DNA of 64,000 bases from Candidatus Hydrogenedentota bacterium (GTDB taxonomy: Bacteria > Hydrogenedentota > Hydrogenedentia > Hydrogenedentales > SLHB01). The translations under genes and the position numbers were made by a program. The stretch is taken from positions 216,372 to 280,371 of the forward strand of contig CAXXYE010000006.1 in the NCBI GenBank assembly GCA_963674865.2. Reading direction: 5' to 3'. Under the pieces are notes generated by a model that saw only the letters and a program-made list of their open reading frames with translations, ran no database searches and was not told the origin of the DNA. Position 1 is the first letter of the stretch. Every line of letters starts with the position of its first letter. Shown here piece by piece: positions 52,794 to 63,634 of this stretch.

Positions 52794-53968
52794 AGCTCGC
52801 CCTCCTGAAAGGCAATCGGTTCAACCCCTGGCACCTCCAGGGGTTCACGCGTCTACGCGGATCGCCGGAGATTACGGCCTTCCGGGCCGAGTCGGAGATT
52901 CAACGCCACTTCACAGGCCGGGACGACGGCTCCGTCGACTTCCGCGTCGAGCGCATCTACTTCGACACTGAAAAGGGCCAGCCACTGGGCCGCGCTTGGA
53001 ATGCCCTTCGCGAGCGATGCGGCCTCCATGAGCCGCGCGTTGTGCCTTTCCACGAACGCCTCGCCGACTTCGATCTCATCCAGTCCTGGGAGTTGTTCAC
53101 GGATTGGTCGGCCGAGGGGCTTCGGGCGCGAGAGGTATTCAATATCCCCTTGGCGGTCATGGTTTGGGACAACATCCCCTTCAACATGGAGCGCAACACC
53201 GCCCGGCACGAACTCAAGCGACGTGTGGCCACAGGCGCCGACAGATTCCTTGTTCACACTGAACGCTCCCGGCGCATGCTGGACATGGAAGGCGTCGCGA
53301 GCAGCCGCGTCGTCAAGTTCAGTCCCGGCCTCGACACCGAGCGGTTCTCCCCTGGCGAGGCGCACCGGCGGGAGTTGGGGGTTGCCGAGGACGCGTTCGT
53401 GATCCTTTTCGTCGGCTGGCTACTCCCAAGAAAGGGCATCGATTTTCTCGTCCTTGCACTGAGGGAGCTGCTGAACGACCCTGCCGTCAAGGACAAATAC
53501 AACGTGCAGCTCCTGGCCGTCGGCGGCGGCCCGGGCCGCGACAGGGTAGAGCACCTAGCGGCGCGGCTGGGCGTGCAGAACGCCTGCAACTTCACGGGGC
53601 CCTTGCCCTACGACCGCATGCCCGATGCCTTCCGCGCGGCGGACATGTTTGTCCTCCCGAGCATTGCCACCCCGGAGTGGCAAGAGCAATTTGGTATGTC
53701 GCTCATTGAGGCTATGGCCTGCGGAGTGCCCGTCATCTCTACCTTGTCCGGCGCCATCTCCGAGATCGCGGTGGACCACGCCATTCTCTGCCAGCCAAAC
53801 GATTTTTTCTCGCTATACGAGTCAATGAAACGGGTGATGCTCAACCCTGCCCTGCGCGAGGACCTGGGTGCCGGTGCGCGCGCCTACGCCCTGGAGCAGT
53901 TCAACCTCGACACATACGCGTCCGCTCTGTCGGACGTGTACGAGGAGCTGCTTGCAGAGCGCGGTTAG
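52790..53968 (+). CDS. Glycosyltransferase family 4
   Basis: FVGWLLPRKG, EQFGMSLIEAMACG. Confidence 0.9.
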   Translation: MKLALLKGNRFNPWHLQGFTRLRGSPEITAFRAESEIQRHFTGRDDGSVDFRVERIYFDTEKGQPLGRAWNALRERCGLHEPRVVPFHERLADFDLIQSWELFTDWSAEGLRAREVFNIPLAVMVWDNIPFNMERNTARHELKRRVATGADRFLVHTERSRRMLDMEGVASSRVVKFSPGLDTERFSPGEAHRRELGVAEDAFVILFVGWLLPRKGIDFLVLALRELLNDPAVKDKYNVQLLAVGGGPGRDRVEHLAARLGVQNACNFTGPLPYDRMPDAFRAADMFVLPSIATPEWQEQFGMSLIEAMACGVPVISTLSGAISEIAVDHAILCQPNDFFSLYESMKRVMLNPALREDLGAGARAYALEQFNLDTYASALSDVYEELLAERG

Positions 53969-53979
53969 CGTGGGATTGC

Positions 53980-54933
53980 GTGGGATTTCTAGAGGGCTCT
54001 TGCTTCAGACTGATGCAACCTGAGAGCTACAAGGACAGCTTCGGGCCATTGGAGCGGCGGTGGCGACGTCTGGCGCACGGCATGCGTTGGAGCATGAAGC
54101 ATCTCACGCGCCGGCAGTGTCGGATTCTCGTTGAGATCCGCTGGCGGCTCGGGGATGAAATCATGGCCATCCCCATCTACGAGGCCCTGCGGGAGCGATG
54201 GCCCCAGAGCCATATCGCGGTTCTCTGCAATCACCCCGATCTCCTTGCAGGCAATCCGCACGTCGATGCCGTCAACGCACCGCCCGCCGCGCCCGATCGC
54301 TATGTTCTGCTCCGCGGCGCGGAGCGCACGGCCTATCGCATCGAGCAATACGCCCGTGCCGCCGGCGTGAAGACGCCCACTAGCCGGCCCCGCCTCTACT
54401 ATGATGATTGGTCTTCCCCGGCGCTAGACGCGTTGGCGAAGAATGGCCGCCCGCTGATCGCCGTAGCCTCGGGAGCTTCGTGGCCAAACAAGCGCTGGCC
54501 CGTCGAGCGTTGGCGAAACCTCTGCGCGTCACTCTTTGCGGACGGATGCGAAGTGGTCGAACTGGGCCGCGGCGACGAGTCCATCGGCCAAGGGCTTTGC
54601 CTCGTGAACCAGACTACCGTGCGCGATGCGGCCTGCGTACTTCGGGCCGCCCGCGCCCTCGTGTGCTGCGACTCCGGCTTGATGCATCTGGCTCTCGCCG
54701 TCGGCACGCCGGCTATCGCCTTGTTCGGCCCAACGCTGCCGTCTATACTCGTGCGAGACGAGCCGAACCTCGTCGCGGTAACCAATAATCGCGCTTGCCA
54801 CGGCTGTTTTAACGCGCCGGGGGAGAAGGGGCCTGAAGGCGTGTGTCCTCGAAACATCTCCTGCTGCCTTGAGACGATTACGGAAGCCGCCGTGCTCAAC
54901 CGCGTCCGAGGCATTGTCAGCGGGGGAACCTGA
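53980..54933 (+). CDS. Glycosyltransferase family 9 (heptosyltransferase-like)
   Basis: LGDEIM, GASWPNKRWP, DSGLMHLA, LFGPT. Confidence 0.88.
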   Translation: MGFLEGSCFRLMQPESYKDSFGPLERRWRRLAHGMRWSMKHLTRRQCRILVEIRWRLGDEIMAIPIYEALRERWPQSHIAVLCNHPDLLAGNPHVDAVNAPPAAPDRYVLLRGAERTAYRIEQYARAAGVKTPTSRPRLYYDDWSSPALDALAKNGRPLIAVASGASWPNKRWPVERWRNLCASLFADGCEVVELGRGDESIGQGLCLVNQTTVRDAACVLRAARALVCCDSGLMHLALAVGTPAIALFGPTLPSILVRDEPNLVAVTNNRACHGCFNAPGEKGPEGVCPRNISCCLETITEAAVLNRVRGIVSGGT

Positions 54934-54937
54934 CGGG

Positions 54938-55984
54938 ATGAGAGTCCTTTTCCTTTCCCTCTATCCCGACACCGCCGCCAGCCCGCGCTATCGCATCACC
55001 CAGTTTCTGCCTTATCTCCGCGCGAATGGACTCGACTGTACTGTCCTATCGGCCCTAAGCGCGCGCCAATACCATAGGCTCACGGGGCCTTCCCACGCGG
55101 GGCGGGCCGCTTGGTATCACGTTGCCGAAACGCCGCGCCGCCTGAAGCAGATTCTCACCGCTCGGCGTTACGACGTGGTGTTCGTACAGAAGGCGATAAT
55201 GAGCGCCTATCTCCGAGGCTGCACCGGCCTGCTCCGGCGATGTGCGCGAAGGCTTGTCTACGACCTCGACGATGCGGTGCATCTTGCGCCGCCCCACCCG
55301 CTACGGGGCCTGTGGCGGATCTTGGAGGATCGCCGGCAGATCGAGAAGATTATGGGCGAGGCGGATCTGGTTCTGGCCGGCAATAACTGGCTGGCTTCCG
55401 CCGCGGAAGCCGCCAGCGCAAAGGCCGTGCGCTTCCCTACAGTCGTGGATACCGAGCGCTTCGTGCCCGGCGCGGAAGCGAGCGGCTATTGCATTGGCTG
55501 GGTCGGGAATCCCAGCACGGTGGTGTGCTTGGCCCCCGCACTCGACGCCTTGGCTGCCTTGGAAAAAGCCGAAATCCACCTTGTTGGTGTGGACAAGCGC
55601 CGCGCACCGTGGCCGTGGGCACGGCTCAAGCCTTGGAGGCTGGATACAGAAGTGGCGGACTTGCAGGCCCTCTCGGTGGGCATCATGCCCATGCCAAAAG
55701 AAGAATGGATGCGAGGCAAGTGCGCCTTGAAAGCGCTCCTCTACATGGCCTGCGGCGTGCCGGTTGTGGCATCACCGTTTGGCGCGGCGCTCGAGATTAT
55801 CGAGGACGGCGTAAACGGCCTATTCGCTGATTCGACGGCGGCCTGGGCAAACGCATTCGAGCGGCTGCGTGATCCGACGGAGCGCCGGCGCTTGGCCAAG
55901 GCCGGCAGGAAGACGGTGGAGGAAGCCTACGCCCTCCCAAAGGCCGCACCACGCCTGTTGAAGCTGCTGGAGTCCATCGTATGA
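54938..55984 (+). CDS. Glycosyltransferase family 4
   Basis: ASPRYR, YDLDDA, IGWVG, GKCALK..YMACGVPVVAS. Confidence 0.88.
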   Translation: MRVLFLSLYPDTAASPRYRITQFLPYLRANGLDCTVLSALSARQYHRLTGPSHAGRAAWYHVAETPRRLKQILTARRYDVVFVQKAIMSAYLRGCTGLLRRCARRLVYDLDDAVHLAPPHPLRGLWRILEDRRQIEKIMGEADLVLAGNNWLASAAEAASAKAVRFPTVVDTERFVPGAEASGYCIGWVGNPSTVVCLAPALDALAALEKAEIHLVGVDKRRAPWPWARLKPWRLDTEVADLQALSVGIMPMPKEEWMRGKCALKALLYMACGVPVVASPFGAALEIIEDGVNGLFADSTAAWANAFERLRDPTERRRLAKAGRKTVEEAYALPKAAPRLLKLLESIV

Positions 55985-57102
55985 CGCGTGTGTGCTATAT
56001 CCTCCCGTCTCTCGGCGTAGGCGGCACGGAGAAGCAGCTTCTGACGCTGATTCGCGGACTGACGAAAGGCCACGAAGTGCTCGTCGTGTGTACACGCAAA
56101 GACGGTGCTCTCGCGGGCGATATCCGCCGGGCAGGCGCCGCCATCCGGTTGCTGGATACGTGGACTGGCTGGGATCCGCGCATGAAAAGCCAGATCGCCC
56201 ACGTGCTGCGCGCTTGGCGGCCGGACGTGATGCACACGTTTCTCTTCGGCTTCGACTTGCAGGCTAATCGCGCCGCGCGCAAAGAGGGCGTCCCCGTAGT
56301 CATATCAAGCCGCCGTCAACTCGCGACGTGGAAGAAGGGCCGGCACATCCGGATGCAGAAGAAGGCCAACTGCTTGGTGGATTGCGTCGTCGCCAATTGC
56401 CGCGCCGTCGCCGAATTCGCCATTAATCAGGAAGATGCGGATCCCAGCCTCTTCCGCGTCATCTACAACGGCGTCGACGTAGGCAGGTTCGCCCACAAGG
56501 CCGATCCTCATCAACTGCGCCTGCGCTGGACGATTCCCTTTCACACCTGCGTCATCGGAATGGTGGCGAATTTCAGTCCCGTCAAGGACCATGAGCTGTT
56601 TGTAGCTACTGCCGAGCGGCTTGCGGCGCGCCGCCCGGACGTCCACTTCCTGCTTGTTGGGAATGGGCCGCACCGCAAGTACATCGAGAGCCTGGTTCGG
56701 CGTTGCGGACTCGAGGGGCGCTTCAGTTGGATCAGCACATTCACCGAACTGCCCGATGTCCTCAAGTTGATGGATGTATCCGTGCTCTGCTCGAAGGCCG
56801 AGGGATTGCCCAATGCCGTCCTCGAGTCCATGGCCGCGGGCATACCCGTTGTGGCGGCCGCGGTGGGAGGCGTACCCGAAGCTATCGAAGATGGGCACAC
56901 CGGCTTCCTCGTAGGTACGCGAAATCCGGAAGACTTCGCGGCGGGCATCGAGCGTGTACTCGATAGGCCTGACGATGCGCGGGATATGGCCGAGCGGGCG
57001 CGACAGTTCGTGCAGAATCATTTCGCGCTTGACAAGATGGTGGCGGCCTACAGCGAATTATACGCCGTGTTGCTGGCGCAAAGCGCCGGGCGAGGGGCAT
57101 AG
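55981..57102 (+). CDS. Glycosyltransferase family 4
   Basis: GGTEKQ, VIYNGVD, EGLPNAVLESMAAG. Confidence 0.9.
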   Translation: MTRVCYILPSLGVGGTEKQLLTLIRGLTKGHEVLVVCTRKDGALAGDIRRAGAAIRLLDTWTGWDPRMKSQIAHVLRAWRPDVMHTFLFGFDLQANRAARKEGVPVVISSRRQLATWKKGRHIRMQKKANCLVDCVVANCRAVAEFAINQEDADPSLFRVIYNGVDVGRFAHKADPHQLRLRWTIPFHTCVIGMVANFSPVKDHELFVATAERLAARRPDVHFLLVGNGPHRKYIESLVRRCGLEGRFSWISTFTELPDVLKLMDVSVLCSKAEGLPNAVLESMAAGIPVVAAAVGGVPEAIEDGHTGFLVGTRNPEDFAAGIERVLDRPDDARDMAERARQFVQNHFALDKMVAAYSELYAVLLAQSAGRGA

Positions 57103-57105
57103 GCC

Positions 57106-58992
57106 GTGTGCGGCATCTGCGGAATAGTCCACAGCGATCCAACCGCGCGCGTCGAGCCGGAGAGCATCGCGCGCATGAACGCGGCCCTCGCCCACCGAGG
57201 GCCCGACGATGCCGGCCAATGGCACGGCGGCCATGCCGCCCTAGCGATGCGCCGCCTGAGCGTTATCGATCTGTCCACGGGCGATCAGCCCATGGTGAAC
57301 GAGGACGGGTCGATCATCGTCGTCTTCAATGGCGAGATCTACAACTTCCAGGAACTCCGCATGGATCTCGAGCGACAAGGCCACGTCTTCAAGACGCACA
57401 GCGACACCGAAGTGATCGCACATGCCTATGAGCAGTACGGCGACAACGCCCTCCAACGGTTCAATGGCATGTTTGCCTTCGCCTTGTACGATCGGTGCCG
57501 CGAACGCCTCCTCCTCGCACGCGACCGCCTTGGCATCAAGCCCCTTTTCTACGCCCATCACCAAGGCATCCTCTTTTTCGCATCGGAACTCGACGCGCTC
57601 CTGCGCTCCGGCGCCCCTACCGGGGGACTCGACGCGGCCGCGCTCGATGCCTATTTCACGTATCTCTACATCCCCGCACCCGACACTGCGTTCAGGAACC
57701 TGCGTAAGCTGCTTCCGGGCGAAAAGATCATCTTTGAGCGTGGGAATCTCACCAAGGAGCGGTATTGGCAGGTGCAGTCTAAGCCCGATCCGGCTTGGAC
57801 TCTCGATTCCGCCGCCGATAGATACATGGAACTTCTCACCGACGCGGTTCGCCTCCGGCGCGTGAGTGATGTGCCGCTGGGCGCACTGCTCAGCGGCGGG
57901 CTGGATTCCTCCGCCGTTGTCGGCATTCTCAGCATGATGGCTTCTCAGCGCGTCAAGACCTTCACCATCGGTTTCGACGATCCCGAGGCTGATGAACTTG
58001 CCTACGCCCGCGCCGCGGCCGAGCAATTCGGCACCGACCATACGGAAGCCACACTGCGCCCCGACCTCGTTGAGGTGGCAGGCCGCTTGGTGCGCCATTT
58101 CGGCGAACCCTTTGCCGATTCATCCGCGATCCCCACGTGGCTCGTGGCGAAGGTCGCCCGGCGTGACGTCACCGTCGCGCTCTCGGGCGACGGCGGAGAC
58201 GAGTTGTTCGCCGGCTACACGTGGACACACATGAACCGGAAGGTCGCCTGCTACAGGAGGCTCCCCGCGGCACTGCGCCATCTCGTCAACACCGCCGTGC
58301 ATCTGACTCCGAGGTGCCCCTTCACTGCGAAGCTACGCCGTTTCAGCAAGGACTCCTTTCTAAGTCCTATGGAAAGCTTCCGGCGACGCCAGACGTGTTT
58401 CCTCCCCGGCGAACGCGCGGTGTTGTACAGCTCGGAGCTCGCGGAAGCCATCCGCGCCACCGCCGTAGATCGTTTTCCCGAAACGGCCGAATCGGCCGGG
58501 GCCCTCTCGCTTGACGACCAGATGCTTCACCATGACCTTAACACGTATCTGCCGGATGACATCCTGACAAAGGTCGATCGCATGAGCATGGCAAACTCGT
58601 TGGAGGCGCGCGTGCCGCTCCTTGATCACCGGCTTGTCGAGTTCGCCGCCACCGTGCCGTTCGACCTGAAATACCGGCGGGGAATCAGCAAGCGCCTTGT
58701 CAAACACGCGGTGAACGACCTGCTTCCTCCGCAATTGCTCAAGCAGCGCAAGCGCGGCTTCGCCGTGCCCATTCACCGCTGGCTGCGCGGCGAACTCCAA
58801 CGTCATTTCGAGGAAATGGCCCTAGGGCCGGATACGCGCAGCCGAGCCTACTTGCGCCCCGAGATGGTGCGGCTCCTCCTAGATGCACACGCCGCTGGTA
58901 CTGACGACTACGGCCACCATCTCTGGGCCGTACTGATGTTCGAGCACTGGCTGCGCTACGTGGAGAGCATTCCAGGCACATCCCTCGCCTGA
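57106..58992 (+). CDS. asnB: Asparagine synthase (glutamine-hydrolysing)-type amidotransferase
   Basis: N-terminal CGICG, HRGPD, FNGEIYN, LSGGLDSS, SGDGGDE, KVDRMSMANSLEARVP. Confidence 0.93.
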   Translation: MCGICGIVHSDPTARVEPESIARMNAALAHRGPDDAGQWHGGHAALAMRRLSVIDLSTGDQPMVNEDGSIIVVFNGEIYNFQELRMDLERQGHVFKTHSDTEVIAHAYEQYGDNALQRFNGMFAFALYDRCRERLLLARDRLGIKPLFYAHHQGILFFASELDALLRSGAPTGGLDAAALDAYFTYLYIPAPDTAFRNLRKLLPGEKIIFERGNLTKERYWQVQSKPDPAWTLDSAADRYMELLTDAVRLRRVSDVPLGALLSGGLDSSAVVGILSMMASQRVKTFTIGFDDPEADELAYARAAAEQFGTDHTEATLRPDLVEVAGRLVRHFGEPFADSSAIPTWLVAKVARRDVTVALSGDGGDELFAGYTWTHMNRKVACYRRLPAALRHLVNTAVHLTPRCPFTAKLRRFSKDSFLSPMESFRRRQTCFLPGERAVLYSSELAEAIRATAVDRFPETAESAGALSLDDQMLHHDLNTYLPDDILTKVDRMSMANSLEARVPLLDHRLVEFAATVPFDLKYRRGISKRLVKHAVNDLLPPQLLKQRKRGFAVPIHRWLRGELQRHFEEMALGPDTRSRAYLRPEMVRLLLDAHAAGTDDYGHHLWAVLMFEHWLRYVESIPGTSLA

Positions 58993-59056
58993 CGTGGGAA
59001 ACAGGGCCTCAATCATGTACAATCCGCGCAGTGGCCCTTCCCAGGAGAATGCGGCA

Positions 59057-60499
59057 ATGAAGAAAGTGATCATCATGGTTTCGTTATGCCTTTTCCCACG
59101 CCTGCTGGTGGCGCAGGAGATGGATCTCAAAGCGCTCGAGGGCGAGTACTGGTACGGCTTGTACCTGGCCGGCCAGAAGGTGGGCTATTCCCAAAACGCG
59201 CTCACCGTAGACGACAGCGGCGGCGTCACCATCAGCGAGGATGCGCGTTTCCAGATGTCGATGGTGGGTATCAAGCAGGATATGCGCATTGTCATGAAGC
59301 GGCATTACGCGCCGGATGGCGAACTCGCGTCCTTTGAGCAAGTTGTCGATGACATTGGAGGAAAGAAGATCTTCCGCGGCCGTATCGAAGGGGGAAATCT
59401 TGTCCTCGCCACCACCGTCGGCGGCGCGTCCAAGAAGCAGGTTCTCCCGAAGCCAAAGGAATCGCTGCAGGATGCGCTGAAGCAGGTTCATCTTGTCAGC
59501 GAGGGCGCCAAGATAGGCGATGAACTCGGCTTCAGCATCTTCGAACCCCTCTATCAGCGCGAAATCAGCGGCACCAGCAGGATCACGGACATCGGTGAAC
59601 GGGTCCTGGACGGCGTACCTACCAAGGTGTTTGAAGTCAGGACAAAGATCGACATCATGGGCATTGAAACCGTCTCGCACATCGCCGAGGACGGTACTAC
59701 GCTCGAGGACGTAGTTGGGGGAATCATCACGATGCGCCTCGAGCCGGAGGCCGTGGCCAAGGACTCCAGCTACGTGAACGACGTGATCGTCTCGAACGCC
59801 GCAAGGGTAAACCATCCCATTCCCGAGCCGCGCACGCGCGAACGCCTCGAACTGGAACTCAAAGGCCCGCTCACCGACAAACAGCTTTTCAGCGATGATC
59901 GCCAGCAGGTAGAGATCACGGAAGGGGGCTTCCACTTTGCGGCAGAGCGGATATCGCGCGAGGAACTCAAACCGGTTGAACTCCCTATTACCGATGAGGC
60001 CGTCAAGCAGTGGCTCGAGCCGACGCTGTTTGTGCAAAGCGATGATCCCAGACTAGTCGAGAAGGCGAGAGATATCATCGGAAAGGAGCTAAACAGCTTC
60101 GATGTAAGTCGACTCCTTTGCTCCTGGGTCTACGAAAACGTCCAGGCTACTTTCTCCGCCCGCCTCACGAATGCCCTCGAAGTGCTCGACCAACTCGAAG
60201 GCGACTGCACGGAACACAGCATCCTTTTTGTCGGGCTGGCCCGGGCGGCCGGGCTTCCGGCGCGCGAAGTCGCCGGCCTTGTTTACACGGAGGGCGCTGC
60301 TCCTGGTTTCTACTTCCACCAGTGGGCGAAGGTGTGGGTAGGACAATGGATTGATGTTGATCCCACGTTTAACCAGCCTTTAGTGGACGTGACGCACATC
60401 AAACTGGCGGAAGGCGACCTCCTCGCGCAAGCTGCCCTCATCCCGGTGATCGGTAGAGTCTCCGTCGAAGTGGTAGACGGAGAGGAGCAAGCACCTTAG
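59057..60499 (+). CDS. Secreted transglutaminase-like cysteine protease domain protein
   Basis: Signal peptide; triad motifs GDCTEH, FHQW, DVDPT. Confidence 0.88.
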   Translation: MKKVIIMVSLCLFPRLLVAQEMDLKALEGEYWYGLYLAGQKVGYSQNALTVDDSGGVTISEDARFQMSMVGIKQDMRIVMKRHYAPDGELASFEQVVDDIGGKKIFRGRIEGGNLVLATTVGGASKKQVLPKPKESLQDALKQVHLVSEGAKIGDELGFSIFEPLYQREISGTSRITDIGERVLDGVPTKVFEVRTKIDIMGIETVSHIAEDGTTLEDVVGGIITMRLEPEAVAKDSSYVNDVIVSNAARVNHPIPEPRTRERLELELKGPLTDKQLFSDDRQQVEITEGGFHFAAERISREELKPVELPITDEAVKQWLEPTLFVQSDDPRLVEKARDIIGKELNSFDVSRLLCSWVYENVQATFSARLTNALEVLDQLEGDCTEHSILFVGLARAAGLPAREVAGLVYTEGAAPGFYFHQWAKVWVGQWIDVDPTFNQPLVDVTHIKLAEGDLLAQAALIPVIGRVSVEVVDGEEQAP

Positions 60500-60527
60500 A
60501 GGAAGACATGAGGAGCCGGCCAACGTC

Positions 60528-63500
60528 GTGAAGCGTGACGAGGATGCGGGGGCCCCGCACCGGCGGGATGGCGTGAAGCCGGATACACGTCCCGTGCGCA
60601 GACAGCGCCTCCGGTTTGTCGGCTATGTTTTCGCAGCCTGCGCACTGGCAACGGGCGTCGCCTTGCTCACGGGCGTGCCCCAGCGCATGCTGCTGGAAGG
60701 CGCGCTCCACAGGGTTTTGGGCGCCCGGGCCGAGATCTCACGCCCTACCCTCTTTGGCCACATCCGCTCACCGGAGATCCGCCTGTTCGATGACGACGCG
60801 CCTAAGCCGCAAGCACGCCCCACCGTGGCCGTGCGCGGCCTCGATCTCGACTATGCGCTCCTCGGCCACACCTCGCGACGCGTGCCCTACCTAGGCATCG
60901 AGTCACTGGATGTGTTCCTTGACGGAACTGATCCCGCTCACCCCAACTATACTTTCCTCAACGACCTCCTTTTCGGCCCTCCTTCCGGCATCGATCCAAT
61001 CCTGATCATCCCCAAGATCGCCGCCCTCGATCACCTTTCCGCGGAACTCCGCCTGCCCGATGCCTCGGTACGACTCGACGGACTTCAACTCAAAGCGCGT
61101 GTAGACGCCCTGGATGCCTTCTCCATATCGCTCACGGCGACCCCCGCGTCAGGATGGTGCCGTGTGCCGTCAAAGGGCCTGGACAGGAGCTTCGCCGGCG
61201 CCGAGATCCGGGCCATCGTACAAAGGCATCCGGATGAGTTGCTTCTTGAAGCCCTACAAGTCGCCCTGCAGGGCATCGTCCAGATCGCCGCGCAAGGACG
61301 TGCTCAGTTTACCGGCGATGGCGTCCTGATCGACGCCGATGTTGAGCAGTGCATCGTTCTTGGCGATGAGATCCCGGACGGCCTTTGGGCGATGGCCCCC
61401 ATGCCGGTTCATTTCCGGGAATGCGATCTATCGGGCACTTCATTCCACGGCGTGTTCACCGGCGAGGCTATCGAAGCTCAGGAAGCGAGACTGGCCCTGC
61501 GCATCGCCACGTTGACGGCCGGCCCCACTTATCATGAACTCTATCAGGGCGACCTCGAGGTCGCCGGCGTTTCCCCGACGCCGCACGGCCCGGGATGGGA
61601 TATCGAGGCAACCTTGCAGGATGGGCAGGCCGTGCGCGGCTTCTGGAGCGGCGGCGTGCGCCAAGGTTCGGCGTCAGTCGCCTTAACGGACTGGACGCGG
61701 CAGGACGTGTTGGACGCCCTCCCATCCGATGTGCGTGCCGTGCTGGATGTCAGAACAACCTTCCAGGGACTCTCCAGCGCGTTCGACTTGGCATGGCAAG
61801 GCAAGGACTACACTGTGAGCGGGACGCTCGATCCGCGTGTGGCATCCCCCGGAGGGGCAGTCGAAACGATGGCCGTCGCCCTCGCGGGACATGGCAGCGC
61901 CGCATCACCCACACGCCCCCTTTTCGACGGCAGTCTTTCAGCTTCCCTCGATGGACAAGCCGTCAGCGCAGATATTGTGCTCGCCTTGCCCGATCGACTC
62001 GACGCCACGGTTGTTTTCGATCATCTCGATCCCCGCCGCTGGCTGCTCACGCTGGCGGGCTCCTACGCCTTGGACTTGCTGCACGCGGAGTTGGGCGGCA
62101 AAGCGACGCTACAAAAGGATGACATTCAAGGCGGCTGGCAATGCACAGCGGACCTCGCCGCCGCGGAACTAGGCATAAGCGACTGGCGACTGCCTGAAGG
62201 AGACACGCTGTCGATCAGCGGCGATGGGACACTCGACGAAGCACTTGAAGAAGTGAGCAGCCGCGCTCTGACGCTCGCCGTCGGAGAGACGGCCTCGCTG
62301 ACTATCGACGAACTACGCGCCACGCTCCGTCCCTTACAGGCCGATGGCCGGCTTCACGGCAATTTCGACCTCGCCTATGTCGCCAAGCTGGCATCCCTGC
62401 CCGGACTCTGGGGCGAACTCGAATTCGATGCGCCGTTCCGCCACAGCCGCGGCGTTCTCGAAGCCGACCTCCGCACAGAGGCCCGGATGCTCGGCTACGG
62501 CGATCTCGCTGCCCCATACGGTACGCCCGTCACGGCAAGCGGCCATGTGCGCTACGACACGCTCGCGCGAGCGGGCACTGCCGCCGACGCCGTCATCGCC
62601 GTTGGCGACGGCACCCGACTGACCCTCGCAGCGTGCTCCTTCACACGCATCCCCTTCGCTGGAGATGGTGACATCGCGCTGGAAACGGATCTCGCTGCGT
62701 TCATCGCGATGGGCTGGCTCGACGCGGCCGCGGGCAAGGCAACCGCGACGGGGCATGTCGGCTATGCCGCCGGGCGCCCCCTACTCACGGACCTCAAACT
62801 CGACGCAGAGGCCGATTCCCTGACACTGGCCAACGCGCTCGGCGTCCTCTCCGACACATCACTTGACGGCCAGTTCGCCTACGATGGCGGACTCAAGGGA
62901 ACCGGAGCGCTGACGGCACGTGAAGCGGTAGTCGGTGGAGCGACTATCGCGGCCCTCTCGGCCCCTATTACCGCGGAGCACTATGCACTGCGCGCCGAAG
63001 GGCTGACTTTCGACATTTTCGGCGGCAAGGTGAAAGCCGACGTCTCATTCGGCCTCTTGCAAGAGGGATTCCCGCTGACGGCCAACGCGGAGATCGAAGG
63101 CGTAGACCTTGCCACATTCAGCCGGGACTACGAAGTGCCGTCCGTCAAACTGACGGGAATCGCGCGAGGTCACATCGAGGCGGCGATCAAGGCGGGCCGC
63201 ATCGAGGCACTCAAGGTAGACATTGAGTCCTCGAAGGACTTCACGATAAATCGCGAGCTCGTGGCCGAATTGCTGCTATCCGAACAAGTAAGCGGCCTCA
63301 AGGGCGGCAGGGCGCTGGGGCGTGCCGTGAACCGCGTCCTGGGCGATGCCGAACAACGGCCTTTCGACCGCGCCACCCTTCAGATGGGATTGTCGGAGGG
63401 GCGGTTGAGCGGGCAAGCCCTATTGCAAAGCGAGGACTTGAGTCTTACTATAGACTTAAAGGTGGATTCCGGGGCGCTGCTTGAGGCCCTGCGGCTCCGC

Positions 63501-63536
63501 CAGGAGATGCACGTCGCGGAACTGGAGACCCGTTAG
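60528..63536 (+). CDS. Large membrane-anchored beta-rich protein, YdbH/AsmA-like
   Basis: One N-terminal TM helix, ~950 aa of beta-strand-like repeats, DIFGGKV..IEGVDL..LTGIARG segment; adjacent YnbE/YdbL-like gene. Confidence 0.6.
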   Translation: MKRDEDAGAPHRRDGVKPDTRPVRRQRLRFVGYVFAACALATGVALLTGVPQRMLLEGALHRVLGARAEISRPTLFGHIRSPEIRLFDDDAPKPQARPTVAVRGLDLDYALLGHTSRRVPYLGIESLDVFLDGTDPAHPNYTFLNDLLFGPPSGIDPILIIPKIAALDHLSAELRLPDASVRLDGLQLKARVDALDAFSISLTATPASGWCRVPSKGLDRSFAGAEIRAIVQRHPDELLLEALQVALQGIVQIAAQGRAQFTGDGVLIDADVEQCIVLGDEIPDGLWAMAPMPVHFRECDLSGTSFHGVFTGEAIEAQEARLALRIATLTAGPTYHELYQGDLEVAGVSPTPHGPGWDIEATLQDGQAVRGFWSGGVRQGSASVALTDWTRQDVLDALPSDVRAVLDVRTTFQGLSSAFDLAWQGKDYTVSGTLDPRVASPGGAVETMAVALAGHGSAASPTRPLFDGSLSASLDGQAVSADIVLALPDRLDATVVFDHLDPRRWLLTLAGSYALDLLHAELGGKATLQKDDIQGGWQCTADLAAAELGISDWRLPEGDTLSISGDGTLDEALEEVSSRALTLAVGETASLTIDELRATLRPLQADGRLHGNFDLAYVAKLASLPGLWGELEFDAPFRHSRGVLEADLRTEARMLGYGDLAAPYGTPVTASGHVRYDTLARAGTAADAVIAVGDGTRLTLAACSFTRIPFAGDGDIALETDLAAFIAMGWLDAAAGKATATGHVGYAAGRPLLTDLKLDAEADSLTLANALGVLSDTSLDGQFAYDGGLKGTGALTAREAVVGGATIAALSAPITAEHYALRAEGLTFDIFGGKVKADVSFGLLQEGFPLTANAEIEGVDLATFSRDYEVPSVKLTGIARGHIEAAIKAGRIEALKVDIESSKDFTINRELVAELLLSEQVSGLKGGRALGRAVNRVLGDAEQRPFDRATLQMGLSEGRLSGQALLQSEDLSLTIDLKVDSGALLEALRLRQEMHVAELETR

Positions 63537-63634
63537 GCGCAATTGTGACGTGTGGGCAAGGCCCATCGCCAGGCTGAGTTCCTTCGAATATTCGGTGCCG
63601 TGTTTCGTCGTGATTTGCAGAGGAGGCGGGCAGA

